A DNA stretch of 63,355 bases, filler included, from 6 parts of 6 records of this genome joined end to end with filler, not necessarily neighbours in it; one strand, 5' to 3'; counted from the first letter of the whole stretch, positions 10,013 through 21,378 are shown. Program-made: numbers and translations. Notes: generated by a model not told the origin, from the sequence alone.

Positions 10013-10888
10013 ATGAGTGGATTAAAAATTATTGTACTTGCTAAGCAGGTTCCTGACACACGTAATGTGGGGAAAGATGCCATGAAAGCTGACGGTACCG
10101 TAAACCGTGCGGCATTGCCTGCCATTTTCAATCCTGAAGATTTGAACGCGCTGGAACAAGCGTTACGTATTAAAGACAGTGTACCTGGAACTACCGTTAC
10201 TGTAATGACAATGGGACCTGGTCGCGCTGCTGAAATTATCAGAGAAGGTTTATACCGCGGAGCTGATAACGGTTTCTTATTAACCGACCGTGCATTTGCC
10301 GGATCTGATACATTGGCAACATCATATGCCATATCTAAAGCAATTGAAAAAACAGGACCATACGATATTATCGTAGCTGGTCGTCAGGCTATTGATGGTG
10401 ATACCGCACAGGTAGGACCACAGGTAGCTGAAAAACTTAACTTACCTCAAATTACATACACAGAGGAGGTATTGGAAGTTTCTAAAAAGAAAATTAAAAT
10501 TCGTCGTCGTTTAGAGCGCGGTGTAGAGGAAGTAGAAGGCAAATTACCCATCGTAATTACAGTGAACGCTTCAGCTCCTGATTGCCGTCCACGTCATGCT
10601 AAGCAAACCATGAAGTTTAAGCATGCAAAAACAGTTACTGAGCTACAATCAGCTAACGAAGACTACATCACACTTTTCGAGAACAAACCTTACCTTAAAA
10701 TTGATGAACTTAGCGTAAAAGACGTAGAAGCTGATACTAAGTGGCTAGGATTAAGCGGTTCACCAACAAAAGTGAAAGCTATTGAAAACGTAGTGTTAGA
10801 AGCAAAAGATGCACGCAAAGTTGAAAATACTGATGCAGGTATCGAAGAAATGATGAAAGAGCTGATCGAAAATCATACTATCGGCTAA
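10013..10888 (+). CDS. etfB: Electron transfer flavoprotein beta subunit
   Basis: KQVPDT, NPED, AGSDTLAT, GRQAIDGDTAQVGP. Confidence 0.95.
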   Translation: MSGLKIIVLAKQVPDTRNVGKDAMKADGTVNRAALPAIFNPEDLNALEQALRIKDSVPGTTVTVMTMGPGRAAEIIREGLYRGADNGFLLTDRAFAGSDTLATSYAISKAIEKTGPYDIIVAGRQAIDGDTAQVGPQVAEKLNLPQITYTEEVLEVSKKKIKIRRRLERGVEEVEGKLPIVITVNASAPDCRPRHAKQTMKFKHAKTVTELQSANEDYITLFENKPYLKIDELSVKDVEADTKWLGLSGSPTKVKAIENVVLEAKDARKVENTDAGIEEMMKELIENHTIG

Positions 10889-10920
10889 TCCAATGTTGAA
10901 TCTATTAAAACGCAATAATT

Positions 10921-11940
10921 GTGAATAGTGTATTTGTAATATGTGAAATGGAAGAAGGCAAAGTGGCAGAAGTAAGCCAGGAACTTCTTACCAAAGGACG
11001 ACAGCTCGCCAACACACTTAAAGTTAAGTTAGAAGCTGTAGTTATCGGAAAAGATTTAAAAGACGTTGAAAAAGATATTATACCTTACGGATGTGATGTT
11101 GTGCATAAAGCAGAAGACAAAAGATTAGAGCATTATCTTACGCTTCCTTACAACTCAATCATCTGTGATTTATTCAGAAAAGAAGAACCACAAATCGCCC
11201 TTTTAGGTGCTACATCACAGGGTCGTGATCTTGGGCCACGCGTTTCTTCGGAGCTTGAATCAGGTTTGACTGCTGACTGTACAAGTCTAGAAATTGGACC
11301 ACACGAGGATAAAAAAGCAGGTAAAACTTACGAAAACCTACTATATCAAATTCGTCCGGCTTTTGGTGGTAACATCATTGCAACTATTATTAACCCTGAC
11401 CACAGACCGCAAATGGCCACTGTGCGCGAGGGAGTAATGAAAAAAGAGATTCTGGACCCAGGTTACAAAGGCGAAGTAAAAACAATAAATGTTGAAGACT
11501 CAGTTAAAAAAGAGGACTTTGCTATCAGTATTATTGAGCGTCACATGGAGCCACGCAAAGTTAACCTTGCAGGTTCGCAAGTAATTGTGGCCGGAGGATA
11601 CGGAATGGGCTCTCCTGAAAACTTTAACTTACTTTATGACTTAGCAGAAGTTTTAGGTGGCGAAGTTGCAGCTTCACGTGCTGCTGTTGATGCCGGATTT
11701 GCTGATCATGCACGTCAGGTTGGACAAACGGGTGTTACTGTACGTCCGAAGTTATACATTGCATGTGGTATTAGTGGACAAATCCAGCACCGTGCAGGTA
11801 TGGAAGACTCATCTATGATTATTGCCGTTAACAATGATGCAAACGCACCTATTAATGCCATTGCAGATTATGTAATTAATGGTGATGTAGCTGAAGTGCT
11901 TCCAAGAATGATTAAGGCATATAAAAAGAATACGAAATAA
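10921..11940 (+). CDS. etfA: Electron transfer flavoprotein alpha subunit
   Basis: GLTADCT, RPAFGG, QVGQTG, GISGQIQH. Confidence 0.95.
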   Translation: MNSVFVICEMEEGKVAEVSQELLTKGRQLANTLKVKLEAVVIGKDLKDVEKDIIPYGCDVVHKAEDKRLEHYLTLPYNSIICDLFRKEEPQIALLGATSQGRDLGPRVSSELESGLTADCTSLEIGPHEDKKAGKTYENLLYQIRPAFGGNIIATIINPDHRPQMATVREGVMKKEILDPGYKGEVKTINVEDSVKKEDFAISIIERHMEPRKVNLAGSQVIVAGGYGMGSPENFNLLYDLAEVLGGEVAASRAAVDAGFADHARQVGQTGVTVRPKLYIACGISGQIQHRAGMEDSSMIIAVNNDANAPINAIADYVINGDVAEVLPRMIKAYKKNTK

Positions 11941-11955
11941 TAAAACTCGAACATA

Positions 11956-13683
11956 ATGGCTAATTTCTATAACGACAATAAAGATCTTCAATTTCATCTG
12001 GAACATCCATTGATGAAAAAGATCGTCGATCTAAAAGAGCAGAATTACGCTGACGCAGAAAAATATGACTATGCACCTGCAGATTTTGAAGATGCATTAG
12101 ATAGCTATCATAAAGTACTGGAGATTGTTGGTGACATTTGTGGAAACACCATTGCTGAAAACGCCGAATCAGTTGACCAGGAAGGACCAAAAGTAATTGA
12201 CGGCCATGTTGAATATGCACGCGGCACAGCAGAAAACCACAAAGCATTGACTGATGCAGGCTTAGTTGGTATGTCATTGCCTCGTAAATATGCTGGTCTA
12301 AACTTTTCTATGGTTCCTTACGTAATGGCAGCTGAATTAGTATCACGAGCTGATGCTGGTTTTGCTAACATTTGGGGACTTCAAGATTGTGCTGAAACCA
12401 TCCACGAGTTTGCTGATGACAAACTAAAAGATGAATATCTTCCAAAATTTAACGCCGGAGCAACTGCTGCAATGGACTTAACAGAACCTGATGCAGGATC
12501 TGACCTTCAGGCAGTACAGTTAAAAGCTACCTACGACGAAAAGAAAGATATTTGGTTATTAAACGGTGTAAAACGTTTCATCACTAATGGTGATGCCGAA
12601 GTTTCACTTGTTTTGGCTCGTTCAGAAGAAGGAACAGTTGACGGACGTGGTTTATCACTATTCTTATATGACAAAGAAGAGCAAGCAGTAACTGTTCGTC
12701 GTATTGAAAACAAATTAGGTATCAAAGGATCTCCTACATGCGAATTGGTATTCAATAATGCCCCTGCCAAATTGATAGGTACTCGTAAAATGGGTTTGAT
12801 TAAATATGTAATGTCATTGATGAATGGTGCCCGCCTGGGTGTTGGTGCTCAGTCCGTTGGTATTGCAGAAGCTGCTCTACGCGAAGCTGTTGACTATGCA
12901 TCAGAACGTGCTCAGTTTGGAAAAACCATTGATAAATTCCCTGCAGTATACGAAATGCTTTCAAATATGGAAGCGCGTGTAAAAGCAGTTCGTTCATTAC
13001 TTTATGAAACAACTCGTTTTGTAGATATTTATAAATCTTTGACTTTCATTTCTGAAGAGCGCAAGTTGGAAAAAGAAGAGCGCATGGAGATGAAACATTA
13101 CACCAAACTTGCTGATGCTTATACTCCATTATTGAAACTTGTTTCAAGTGAATATAGTAACTCTATCGCTTATGATAGTTTACAAATTCATGGTGGTTCA
13201 GGATTTATGAAAGATTATCCAATTGAGCGTATCTACCGTGATGCCCGTATTACAACGATTTATGAGGGTACATCTCAGTTACAGGTTGTAGCAGCTATTC
13301 GCGGAGTAACAACAGGATTGTATCTAAAACAAATTCGTGAATACGAGAACATCAAGATTAAACCTGAATACGAGCACATTAAGCGTCGCTTGCAGGAAAT
13401 GACTGCAGAGTATGAAAACTGTGTTAGTATAGTAGAAGAAATCAACGATAAAGCAGAAGATAATGATTACATCGATATTCATGCACGTCGTATGGTTGAG
13501 ATGGCAGGAAATATCATTATGAGCTGGTTATTATTGATTGACACAATGCGTGATGAAAGCTACGCGAAGAATTTAAAAATCTTCTTAAAAATAGCTTATG
13601 CAGAAAACGCAGAACGTGCTGCATTCATTAAAAATTTCGAATTAGACGAAATCGGAATGTACAAAGTTCAGATCGAAGAATAA
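11956..13683 (+). CDS. Acyl-CoA dehydrogenase
   Basis: LTEPDAGSD, NGVKRFIT, KLGIKGSPT, RAQFG, QIHGGSG, IYEGTSQLQ. Confidence 0.95.
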   Translation: MANFYNDNKDLQFHLEHPLMKKIVDLKEQNYADAEKYDYAPADFEDALDSYHKVLEIVGDICGNTIAENAESVDQEGPKVIDGHVEYARGTAENHKALTDAGLVGMSLPRKYAGLNFSMVPYVMAAELVSRADAGFANIWGLQDCAETIHEFADDKLKDEYLPKFNAGATAAMDLTEPDAGSDLQAVQLKATYDEKKDIWLLNGVKRFITNGDAEVSLVLARSEEGTVDGRGLSLFLYDKEEQAVTVRRIENKLGIKGSPTCELVFNNAPAKLIGTRKMGLIKYVMSLMNGARLGVGAQSVGIAEAALREAVDYASERAQFGKTIDKFPAVYEMLSNMEARVKAVRSLLYETTRFVDIYKSLTFISEERKLEKEERMEMKHYTKLADAYTPLLKLVSSEYSNSIAYDSLQIHGGSGFMKDYPIERIYRDARITTIYEGTSQLQVVAAIRGVTTGLYLKQIREYENIKIKPEYEHIKRRLQEMTAEYENCVSIVEEINDKAEDNDYIDIHARRMVEMAGNIIMSWLLLIDTMRDESYAKNLKIFLKIAYAENAERAAFIKNFELDEIGMYKVQIEE

Positions 13684-13702
13684 TATTCGAAACGATATAT
13701 TT

Positions 13703-14058
13703 GAAAGCCTCTTCGGGAAACCGGGGAGGTTTTTTTTGTTTGTTGAACCATTAAGCACTTCGACTCCGCTCAGTAGTCACAATTAAAATTAGTTAAGAAT
13801 GTATATGGAATGTCATTATCGAATCGTAGCTTCTTAATTGGAAAGCTTCTTTGGGAAACCGAGTAGGTTTTTTGTTTGTTGAACCATTAAGAGATTAAGA
13901 ATAGTTAAGAATAACAAGGAGAAGTCATTATTAAACTTTAGCCACCTAGTTAGAATATCCTTTTCAGAAAACCAAAGTGTTTTTTTAACCAATAAGAAAT
14001 TAAGATAAGTTAAGAAAGTAATTGTATGATCTTAATGAATCTTAACTTCTTAATGGTT
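13703..14058. repeat. Three degenerate tandem ~110-140 bp intergenic units ending in an inverted repeat
   Basis: Units start at 13703, 13841 and ~13953 and share GAAACC...TTTTT...AACCA(T/A)TAAG...AGTTAAGAA. 13987-14006 pairs with 14039-14058 (18/20). Confidence 0.7.
13704..13737 (+). terminator. Rho-independent terminator of the etf/acyl-CoA dehydrogenase operon
   Basis: GCCTCTTCGG-GAAA-CCGGGGAGGT stem-loop followed by a T-run. Confidence 0.8.
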
Positions 14059-14066
14059 TAAAGATT

Positions 14067-14097
14067 AAAAAAAGCGCCTCACTGATGCAAGACGCTT
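14067..14097 (-). terminator. Rho-independent terminator of the giant T9SS gene
   Basis: Minus strand AAGCGTCTTGC-ATCA-GTGAGGCGCTT followed by a T-run. Confidence 0.7.
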
Positions 14098-14115
14098 CTT
14101 AATTGAAAGGTTATT

Positions 14116-17100
14116 TTACCGTTTTATAAATCGCTTGGTCCCCAGTGAACCATTTTCATCTCTAACTTGAATTAAATATATCCCTTGCTGTAAATATTCA
14201 AGATCCATTTGCACATTATTTACTCCGATTTGAAGTCTTTCAGCTGCTACCAGTGAACCCGTCATATTATAAATATTAATAAATCCACTACGCACAGTTT
14301 CCTGTTTAAACAGTATATTAATATCTCCTCTTGATGGATTTGGATAAATCATAAACATATCATTTCCAAAAGATACGACCACTTCCGGTATCCAGGTTTG
14401 GCTTGTAGCTGTATCATCAGTTTCAACCTGATATATTTTGCGCGTATCCTCATCCTGAATAAATGCAACCACATTTACTTTTTCAGGATCAATTGCTGTG
14501 GCATAATCCCAGCTAAATGAATAGGATGAAGTTTGACCATTAGTCCAGGTACTATTAAGTCCTGTACCACCTGCATTGGGTAACATTTCCCTTAAAACGC
14601 TTAAGAATTCTGTTTCACCATTTTCTCCGGTAACACTAGTAACTTCACTTTCAATCATTACAGTATGTAAAGTTAGGTTTTTACCACTCAAATTCTCATT
14701 TGCAGTAATATCCACTTCGACATTAATGTCACCTCCACCAGTGGTAGTTAATAAATCAATACTAAATACAGGATCTTGCAATGATTGCTCTTCCACTAAC
14801 ACATAATTATCTAAAACATCTTCTGTTGAACCTGAATAGACATTACCATCTAAAATAGTCCAAGGTACTTCGGACAATCCATAATAGGTTGTCCGGGCAG
14901 CCACATCGGCAGGGTTATCGGTATTAAATGGATCAGCACCAGGAAAAGATGTATGATATTGTATATCAATAATATCGGAAGCATTTGCCGTCATCAAACC
15001 GTTAAACTCAGGATTAATTGTTGCACTTGCATTATCACCTGCATTTGTAAATGATTCAGCCAATACTCGTTTGGTTCTTTCACCAATCCAAACATCATCA
15101 AATGCAAATCCGTCAGAAGTACCTGATTCATCAGAACCAAAAGCAATTCTAAATCTCACATTTGTTTTTCCCTTCAATTCATCCAATTCATGACGGGCTT
15201 CGCTCCATTGATTATCCACGCCGGTCCAACCATAACTACCCACATTCTGGGTTCCTCCTGGATTTCCTTGAAGACCTACGCCATTGTACCAGTTAATTAC
15301 ATCATTCAAGTCTCCTATATTAAACCAATCTGTTTGGCCATCAACTTTGGCCTGTAACACTACTCCATCCCGATTTTCCTGGGTTGAATTCCAGATTTGC
15401 ATTTTTATCATTGGTTTATCTCTGTCCGTGAAATCAAAGCATGGACTTAAAACAGCTGAACTTTCTTCATTTTGATAGCTATTTACTAAGCCTGTAACCC
15501 AACAATTAGATCCAGAAAAGGCAGATGAAATAATTGTACCTTCAGGAGAACCAATTTCCCAACTATTATTTTCGGAATTAACATCTACCGTCCAACTTTG
15601 ATCAATTACCTCAAAATCTGTCAAATAAGGGAATTGACTAATAAATGGTCTAATAGAAACAGACTTTGTAATTTCACTACTACAACCAAATTGATTAGTA
15701 ACTTCCATAGTTACATCATAAGTAATAGCACTTCCAAACATATGGCTTGGATTTACTTCAGAAGAATTAATCCCATCTCCAAAATCCCAAAAAACCGCAG
15801 TTGTATCATCCGAGTTATTTATAAATACTGTTGGTGAAACACCAAAACACTCATTTTCCCAACTAAAATCAACTTCCGGGGCATCTCCTAATTCCACATC
15901 TTCTATAACATCATCGCTGCAACCATCAATAGTATTGGCGGTAAGTGTAATAATTCTATCTCCTCCAGTCGCATAAAAATGTTCGGGATTCTCATCATTT
16001 GATGTATTATTTCCTGATGCAGGATCACCAAAATCCCATGCCCAGGAAAGAATTTCCTCTGCTGATACGGTCTCATTTGTAAACTGAATGGTATCACCCA
16101 TACACGTTGAACTCATTGCAAAAGCAACATCAGGTAGAGCTGAAACTTTTAATGTATCATTGAAGAAATTTATACAACCATATTGATCCTCATAAGTATA
16201 TGTTATTATACCTGTATCAATCACATTATTAGGATAAAATTCAGCTGTCCCGTTATCCAGATCAATTAAATTTGCAGCAACTCCATTGTAACCGAAAGAT
16301 CCATCAGCACTTTGAGGAATACCTGTAATAATAGTCATACTTCCTGCTTCGCAAAAGATATCAGTAGGAGAACTAATTGAAACTGTTGGAAGATCACGAA
16401 CCAAAACAGATTCTTCTTCAATTGCTACACAATTATTTAAGCTAGTAAAAGTATAGGTTATGTCGTATGGACCACCTACCCCTGCATCTGAAGGAATAAA
16501 ATATGCTTCACCATCACCTGCAATCTCATCAAAAATACCCTGGCCGGTAAATGTTCCTTCCGGACTTGGGAGACCATTTGCTGTAGCAGTTAACAATGCT
16601 GAGTCTCCATTCACACAATAACTACTTAACAAACCTACAATACCAACCGTAGGGAGTTCCTGAATTTCAAACTCTCTTTTAAAAGTATTTGTACACGAGT
16701 TAGAATCAGTATATGTATATATCATATCATGTGTTCCGATTATACTTACAGAAGGAGAGAAAATAACAGTATCTGTTCCGGTAATATTTGGTCCGGTAAA
16801 AAATCCTCCGGGTGGCTCACCAATAATCTCGACTGAACTTCCGTTTGGACAAAATTGAGTATCCGAATCAAAAAATACATCCGGTAGATCAACTACTTCC
16901 AGTTCTTGTGAAAAACTATTCGTGCAACCATAAACATCTGTATAATAATAAGTTATAGTATCTCCTTCTGTGATGGTTCCAGGAGTAAAAAATGCTGATC
17001 CACCCTGGTCATTTAGATCTTCACTATTACCCGTATAATCGAATGAACCTGTTGCTCCCTCTGGAACACCAACAATTGTCACAGTGGGACTATTCACACA

Positions 17101-20100
17101 ATATAAATCATCCAAATTATTTATTGATACATTTGGTAATTCTCTAACAACTATGTTACGGGAGAAGGTCGACACACAACTATTTGCATCTGTGTATGTA
17201 AATGTAACTTCATATGGGCCTCCAGGTCCTGCCAGATCAGGTCTAAAATAGCCAATACCATCATCTGGTGCATTATTATTTACTCCAATTCCACTAAAGT
17301 CTCCAATTCCCTCAAAAAATCCCAATACTTCGCCTCTTAACTGCACTGAATCAGCATTTTCACAGTAATTGGGACTTATAGCTTCGATACCAACTGTTGC
17401 TACTTGCGTGACCCGAACTTCCTCACTATGGGTACTTACGCATCCATTTGCATTTGTATATGTGTAAGTAATAGTATTTGGTCCAACAATGGATGAATTT
17501 GGAGAAAACAATACCGTATCGGTACCAGATAAGTTTGGTCCTGTAAAAAATCCAGTTGGAGGAACCCCAATTAATTCCACAGGATCTATGTTAGAACAGT
17601 ATAGAGAATCGGCATCAAAAGTAGTGGGAGTTAGACCAAAAACTTCTGTGGTTTGAACGGCCGTATCTCTACAGCCTGTTGCACCTAAAGTATAAGTATA
17701 GCTTATATCATGAATATTAATTCCAGCTTCAAGTGGATCAAATTCATCACCAGAGATTCCTGGACCGAAAAAGGTTCCACCACTTGGTGACCCAGCTAAA
17801 GTTACAGCATTCTCATTCACACAAATTCCAGGATTAGGTAATCCAATAAAATCTGCAGTACCTTGAACTTCATGGATAGTTGTTGTATTTATTACATCAA
17901 AATAAGCTCCTTTGTAATAGGTAAACTTAATCTGAACATTTGTGCCACTCATTAATGCAGGGTCTATTACTGCAATTGAATCATTGACAATTATTAAACC
18001 GGCAGAAGGAGTAAAACCACAGCCTAAACTATCTAAAGTTCCACCAGTATCAGGCCTTCCTCGAATGGTATCTTTTGGTGCATAATCGCAATAAAAAGCT
18101 TCCAAACCGGTGATTGATCCACCTGGTGGTAAAACTGAAACTGAAGCTGTGGCGGTATCACGACATCCAAATCCATTAAATCCGGCATATGAAATAATAT
18201 GATCTCCTAATCCTGCTGATGTAGGATGAAAAGTACTGTCTTGTGCAATAATTCCCGGACCGAAAAATGTTCCTCCATATGGAATAGCTCCTTTAATGGT
18301 GTCAGCTGGTGCATCATCTCCATATGTTGTTTGAGGCATAGTAAAATCGACAATAGGTATAGGATTTACGGTTATTTGAAAGCTTTCCGGAGATCCTGGG
18401 CATGTTTCCCCATCATATGTATAAGTTGGATTTACTATAACATTAGCAATTACCTGAGATTGAGTCACATTACTTGCAACAAATGATAAAATATCACCTA
18501 AACCTGCACCAGGCAATCCAATGGAAGGTTGGTCGTTACTCCAATCAAATATTGTAGTTCCAAGTACATTGGATGTTGCAAAATCAATATCTGCAATTCT
18601 TTGCTCGCTGCAAATAGTAATATCGCTAACAGCATTGACCTGGGCTGTTGGATTCACAGTTATCGTGAAAGTTTCTGAAGTACCATCACATATTTCACTT
18701 CCATTATCGAAAGTTGGTGTCACTATAATTGTGGCAATAATTGGGCTATTGCCACTATTGGTTGCTGTGAAAGATAGAATATCTCCACTACCTGAAGCAC
18801 CTAATCCGATTGCAGTATTACTATTAGTCCAACTATAATCTGTGGTGCCACCTGTATTATTTGTTGCAAAAATAATATCTCCAGTAGCACTGCCATTACA
18901 TACTACTATATCAGTAATTGTATTCACTTGTGCAGCAGGGTTGCTGGTAATAGTGAATGACTCGGGTGTTCCACTACATGATTGACTATTGTATGTAAAT
19001 TCAGGAGTAACCTCAATGGTACCTGTGATTGGCGAAGTCCCACCATTAGCAGCTGTAAAAGCAGGAATATCATTATTACCGGATCCAGCTAATCCAATTG
19101 AAGTATTTGTATTTGTCCAGTCAAAAACTGTAGTTCCCAATGTATTGTTAGTTACGAAATTTACATATGCTGTTTGTTCACCTTCACATACTACCTGATC
19201 AGCTAAAGGATCAACTTGTCCCAGAGGATTCACAATAATTTGGAAGGATTCAGATGATCCTACACAGGTTTTACCACCACTGGTGTATTCTGGTTCCACA
19301 ACAATATTTGCAGTTTGAGGCTGAGTTGTAACATTAGTTGTTGTAAATGAACTAATATCTCCAATACCGGATGCTCCAATTAAGCCAATTGTTGTATTAT
19401 CATTTGACCAATTATATACTGTTAAACCGCCATTATTACTAGTTGTAAATTCAATTAAAGCTGTATTATTACCTACACAAATAGTTTGGTCACTAATTAC
19501 ATCAACCTGACCATTAGGATTTACATTTATATTGAATGTTTCAGGAGACCCACTGCAACTTTCGCCGTCATAAGTAAAAATTGGTGTAACCTCAATTAAA
19601 CCTGTTAAAACATCATTACTAGCATTTGCGCCTTCAAATGAAGGAATATCGCCACTTCCTGATCCAACCAACCCTATGTCCGTCTCGTCGTTAGTCCAGT
19701 CAAAAATAGTTGTACCGTTTGTATTAACGGTTTCAAAATTCACATAAAGAGTATTGCTGCCATCACATACCGTTTGATCACTTATTGTATTTACCTGTCC
19801 TGATGGATTTATTACAATTTCAAAAGACTCTGCAGTTCCAGTGCAAGTTTTCCCATCTCTCTCATATTTAGGAGTTACTGAAATGTTTGCAAACTCAGGC
19901 TCTGTGCCTGAAGTAGCAGCTGTAAATGAACTAATATTCCCTGTTCCTGATGAACCACTAATACCAATACTTGTATTATCAGCAACCCAATCAAAACTAT
20001 TTGTTCCATTCTGATTGCTAGAGCTAAATGAAATTTCAGAGACAGTTGTTCCTTCGCATTGTAGGACATCTGTTATTGGATCTACTGTTCCCAAAGGATT

Positions 20101-21378
20101 TACTCTTACTACAAAATTTGCACTATCAACACAACCTTTATCGGTAGTCATCACATATTTGTAGGTCACAGGAGCTTGATCAACAGAATCGTTTGTAAGC
20201 GTTTCCAGAATATTTCCCGTACCTGAATTTGCACCTTCAACGATTCCTGAGGTATTTGGTCTAGTCCAATCAAAATCAGTTACATTTTTATCACTAGTAG
20301 GCACATAAACAAAATCTGCACCACTACAAATAGGATCAGTTACAACTGAGCTTGTCAATGAGGGTAACCCATTTACAACTATCGTTGTATCAGCTGAATT
20401 ATCATAACCATCAGAAGAAACTACAACAGTATAAGTCGTGTTCTCAGTGGGAAATACTTTAACATTTGGATCGGTTGATGTAAATCCCGGGGGTAATGAA
20501 TTCCATGCGTAGGTAAATGAACCATTTCCACCGGTAGGTGCAACAGACATTTCGACTGAATCTCCCTCACAAATCTCATCCTTATTAGCAGTAAAATTTA
20601 ATACTATAGGTACATTAGAAACAGTAATTTGATTAGGTCCAACTTCAACATCTGTTCCGTTTGAAGCATCATTCCAATCCTCAGTACCTGTTATATCATA
20701 ATCTGTTGTATTATCAGAAGCTTGAGTTCCATTTTCATCAAGTACATTATCAACATTGGACTTATCAGCCGCAACTAATGTAATGGTAAATTCATCATGA
20801 CTAGTAACCTCAACATCACTTGTACTAGTCAACTGAACTGTAGTACCACCTTCTCCTGTTACATATAAATGCGATACGTTAATGTCATCATCTACACTCG
20901 CATTAGCAGCAAGTCTATCGCCTGTAACCACTAAAATGCCAGTAGACGCATCATAAGTTGCTGATGTAATTGAAGGCGGTGCATAATTGCTCACTGTAAT
21001 AGTATCATTTATTTCAGCACTCAAGCCATTATGCCAACTATCTGCCACATCAAAAAGGTAATAATCTGTATTTGAGTCAGTTTCCCCATCCTGATCGATT
21101 AACGCATTCATAAAAGCTCTATCAATTCCACCGATTGTTAATTCGATTCGACTACCATTCTCAGGAGTTACCGTAGCAGTAGCACTGGTCAATGTATAGC
21201 TAGTGGAATTAAGACCTTTAATTGTGATCAATTCATGAAACACATCATTTCCACCGTTAAATCCTGAACCATAAATGGTAAATAAACCTGATGAGGCGTC
21301 ATAGTAAGCGCTATCTATCTGAGACCAGGCAAACTGGCTCATCAGTATAATTATAATGGATAGTAGTATTTTTCTCAT
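14116..21378 (-). CDS. 2420-aa T9SS-secreted surface protein with Ig/PKD-like repeats and Omp28-like C-terminal region
   Basis: Signal peptide, ~95-100 aa repeats (VC.G....F......WTN....IGL...G.G.I..F), PKD WDFGD motifs, C-terminal IYPNPS...G.Y.I....KRFIKR sorting domain. Confidence 0.85.
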   Translation of the reverse strand: MRKILLSIIIILMSQFAWSQIDSAYYDASSGLFTIYGSGFNGGNDVFHELITIKGLNSTSYTLTSATATVTPENGSRIELTIGGIDRAFMNALIDQDGETDSNTDYYLFDVADSWHNGLSAEINDTITVSNYAPPSITSATYDASTGILVVTGDRLAANASVDDDINVSHLYVTGEGGTTVQLTSTSDVEVTSHDEFTITLVAADKSNVDNVLDENGTQASDNTTDYDITGTEDWNDASNGTDVEVGPNQITVSNVPIVLNFTANKDEICEGDSVEMSVAPTGGNGSFTYAWNSLPPGFTSTDPNVKVFPTENTTYTVVVSSDGYDNSADTTIVVNGLPSLTSSVVTDPICSGADFVYVPTSDKNVTDFDWTRPNTSGIVEGANSGTGNILETLTNDSVDQAPVTYKYVMTTDKGCVDSANFVVRVNPLGTVDPITDVLQCEGTTVSEISFSSSNQNGTNSFDWVADNTSIGISGSSGTGNISSFTAATSGTEPEFANISVTPKYERDGKTCTGTAESFEIVINPSGQVNTISDQTVCDGSNTLYVNFETVNTNGTTIFDWTNDETDIGLVGSGSGDIPSFEGANASNDVLTGLIEVTPIFTYDGESCSGSPETFNINVNPNGQVDVISDQTICVGNNTALIEFTTSNNGGLTVYNWSNDNTTIGLIGASGIGDISSFTTTNVTTQPQTANIVVEPEYTSGGKTCVGSSESFQIIVNPLGQVDPLADQVVCEGEQTAYVNFVTNNTLGTTVFDWTNTNTSIGLAGSGNNDIPAFTAANGGTSPITGTIEVTPEFTYNSQSCSGTPESFTITSNPAAQVNTITDIVVCNGSATGDIIFATNNTGGTTDYSWTNSNTAIGLGASGSGDILSFTATNSGNSPIIATIIVTPTFDNGSEICDGTSETFTITVNPTAQVNAVSDITICSEQRIADIDFATSNVLGTTIFDWSNDQPSIGLPGAGLGDILSFVASNVTQSQVIANVIVNPTYTYDGETCPGSPESFQITVNPIPIVDFTMPQTTYGDDAPADTIKGAIPYGGTFFGPGIIAQDSTFHPTSAGLGDHIISYAGFNGFGCRDTATASVSVLPPGGSITGLEAFYCDYAPKDTIRGRPDTGGTLDSLGCGFTPSAGLIIVNDSIAVIDPALMSGTNVQIKFTYYKGAYFDVINTTTIHEVQGTADFIGLPNPGICVNENAVTLAGSPSGGTFFGPGISGDEFDPLEAGINIHDISYTYTLGATGCRDTAVQTTEVFGLTPTTFDADSLYCSNIDPVELIGVPPTGFFTGPNLSGTDTVLFSPNSSIVGPNTITYTYTNANGCVSTHSEEVRVTQVATVGIEAISPNYCENADSVQLRGEVLGFFEGIGDFSGIGVNNNAPDDGIGYFRPDLAGPGGPYEVTFTYTDANSCVSTFSRNIVVRELPNVSINNLDDLYCVNSPTVTIVGVPEGATGSFDYTGNSEDLNDQGGSAFFTPGTITEGDTITYYYTDVYGCTNSFSQELEVVDLPDVFFDSDTQFCPNGSSVEIIGEPPGGFFTGPNITGTDTVIFSPSVSIIGTHDMIYTYTDSNSCTNTFKREFEIQELPTVGIVGLLSSYCVNGDSALLTATANGLPSPEGTFTGQGIFDEIAGDGEAYFIPSDAGVGGPYDITYTFTSLNNCVAIEEESVLVRDLPTVSISSPTDIFCEAGSMTIITGIPQSADGSFGYNGVAANLIDLDNGTAEFYPNNVIDTGIITYTYEDQYGCINFFNDTLKVSALPDVAFAMSSTCMGDTIQFTNETVSAEEILSWAWDFGDPASGNNTSNDENPEHFYATGGDRIITLTANTIDGCSDDVIEDVELGDAPEVDFSWENECFGVSPTVFINNSDDTTAVFWDFGDGINSSEVNPSHMFGSAITYDVTMEVTNQFGCSSEITKSVSIRPFISQFPYLTDFEVIDQSWTVDVNSENNSWEIGSPEGTIISSAFSGSNCWVTGLVNSYQNEESSAVLSPCFDFTDRDKPMIKMQIWNSTQENRDGVVLQAKVDGQTDWFNIGDLNDVINWYNGVGLQGNPGGTQNVGSYGWTGVDNQWSEARHELDELKGKTNVRFRIAFGSDESGTSDGFAFDDVWIGERTKRVLAESFTNAGDNASATINPEFNGLMTANASDIIDIQYHTSFPGADPFNTDNPADVAARTTYYGLSEVPWTILDGNVYSGSTEDVLDNYVLVEEQSLQDPVFSIDLLTTTGGGDINVEVDITANENLSGKNLTLHTVMIESEVTSVTGENGETEFLSVLREMLPNAGGTGLNSTWTNGQTSSYSFSWDYATAIDPEKVNVVAFIQDEDTRKIYQVETDDTATSQTWIPEVVVSFGNDMFMIYPNPSRGDINILFKQETVRSGFINIYNMTGSLVAAERLQIGVNNVQMDLEYLQQGIYLIQVRDENGSLGTKRFIKR

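Noticed and set aside
13703-14058. CRISPR array
   Set aside because: Units are over 100 bp and degenerate along their whole length, with no constant repeat/unique spacer pattern and no cas genes.
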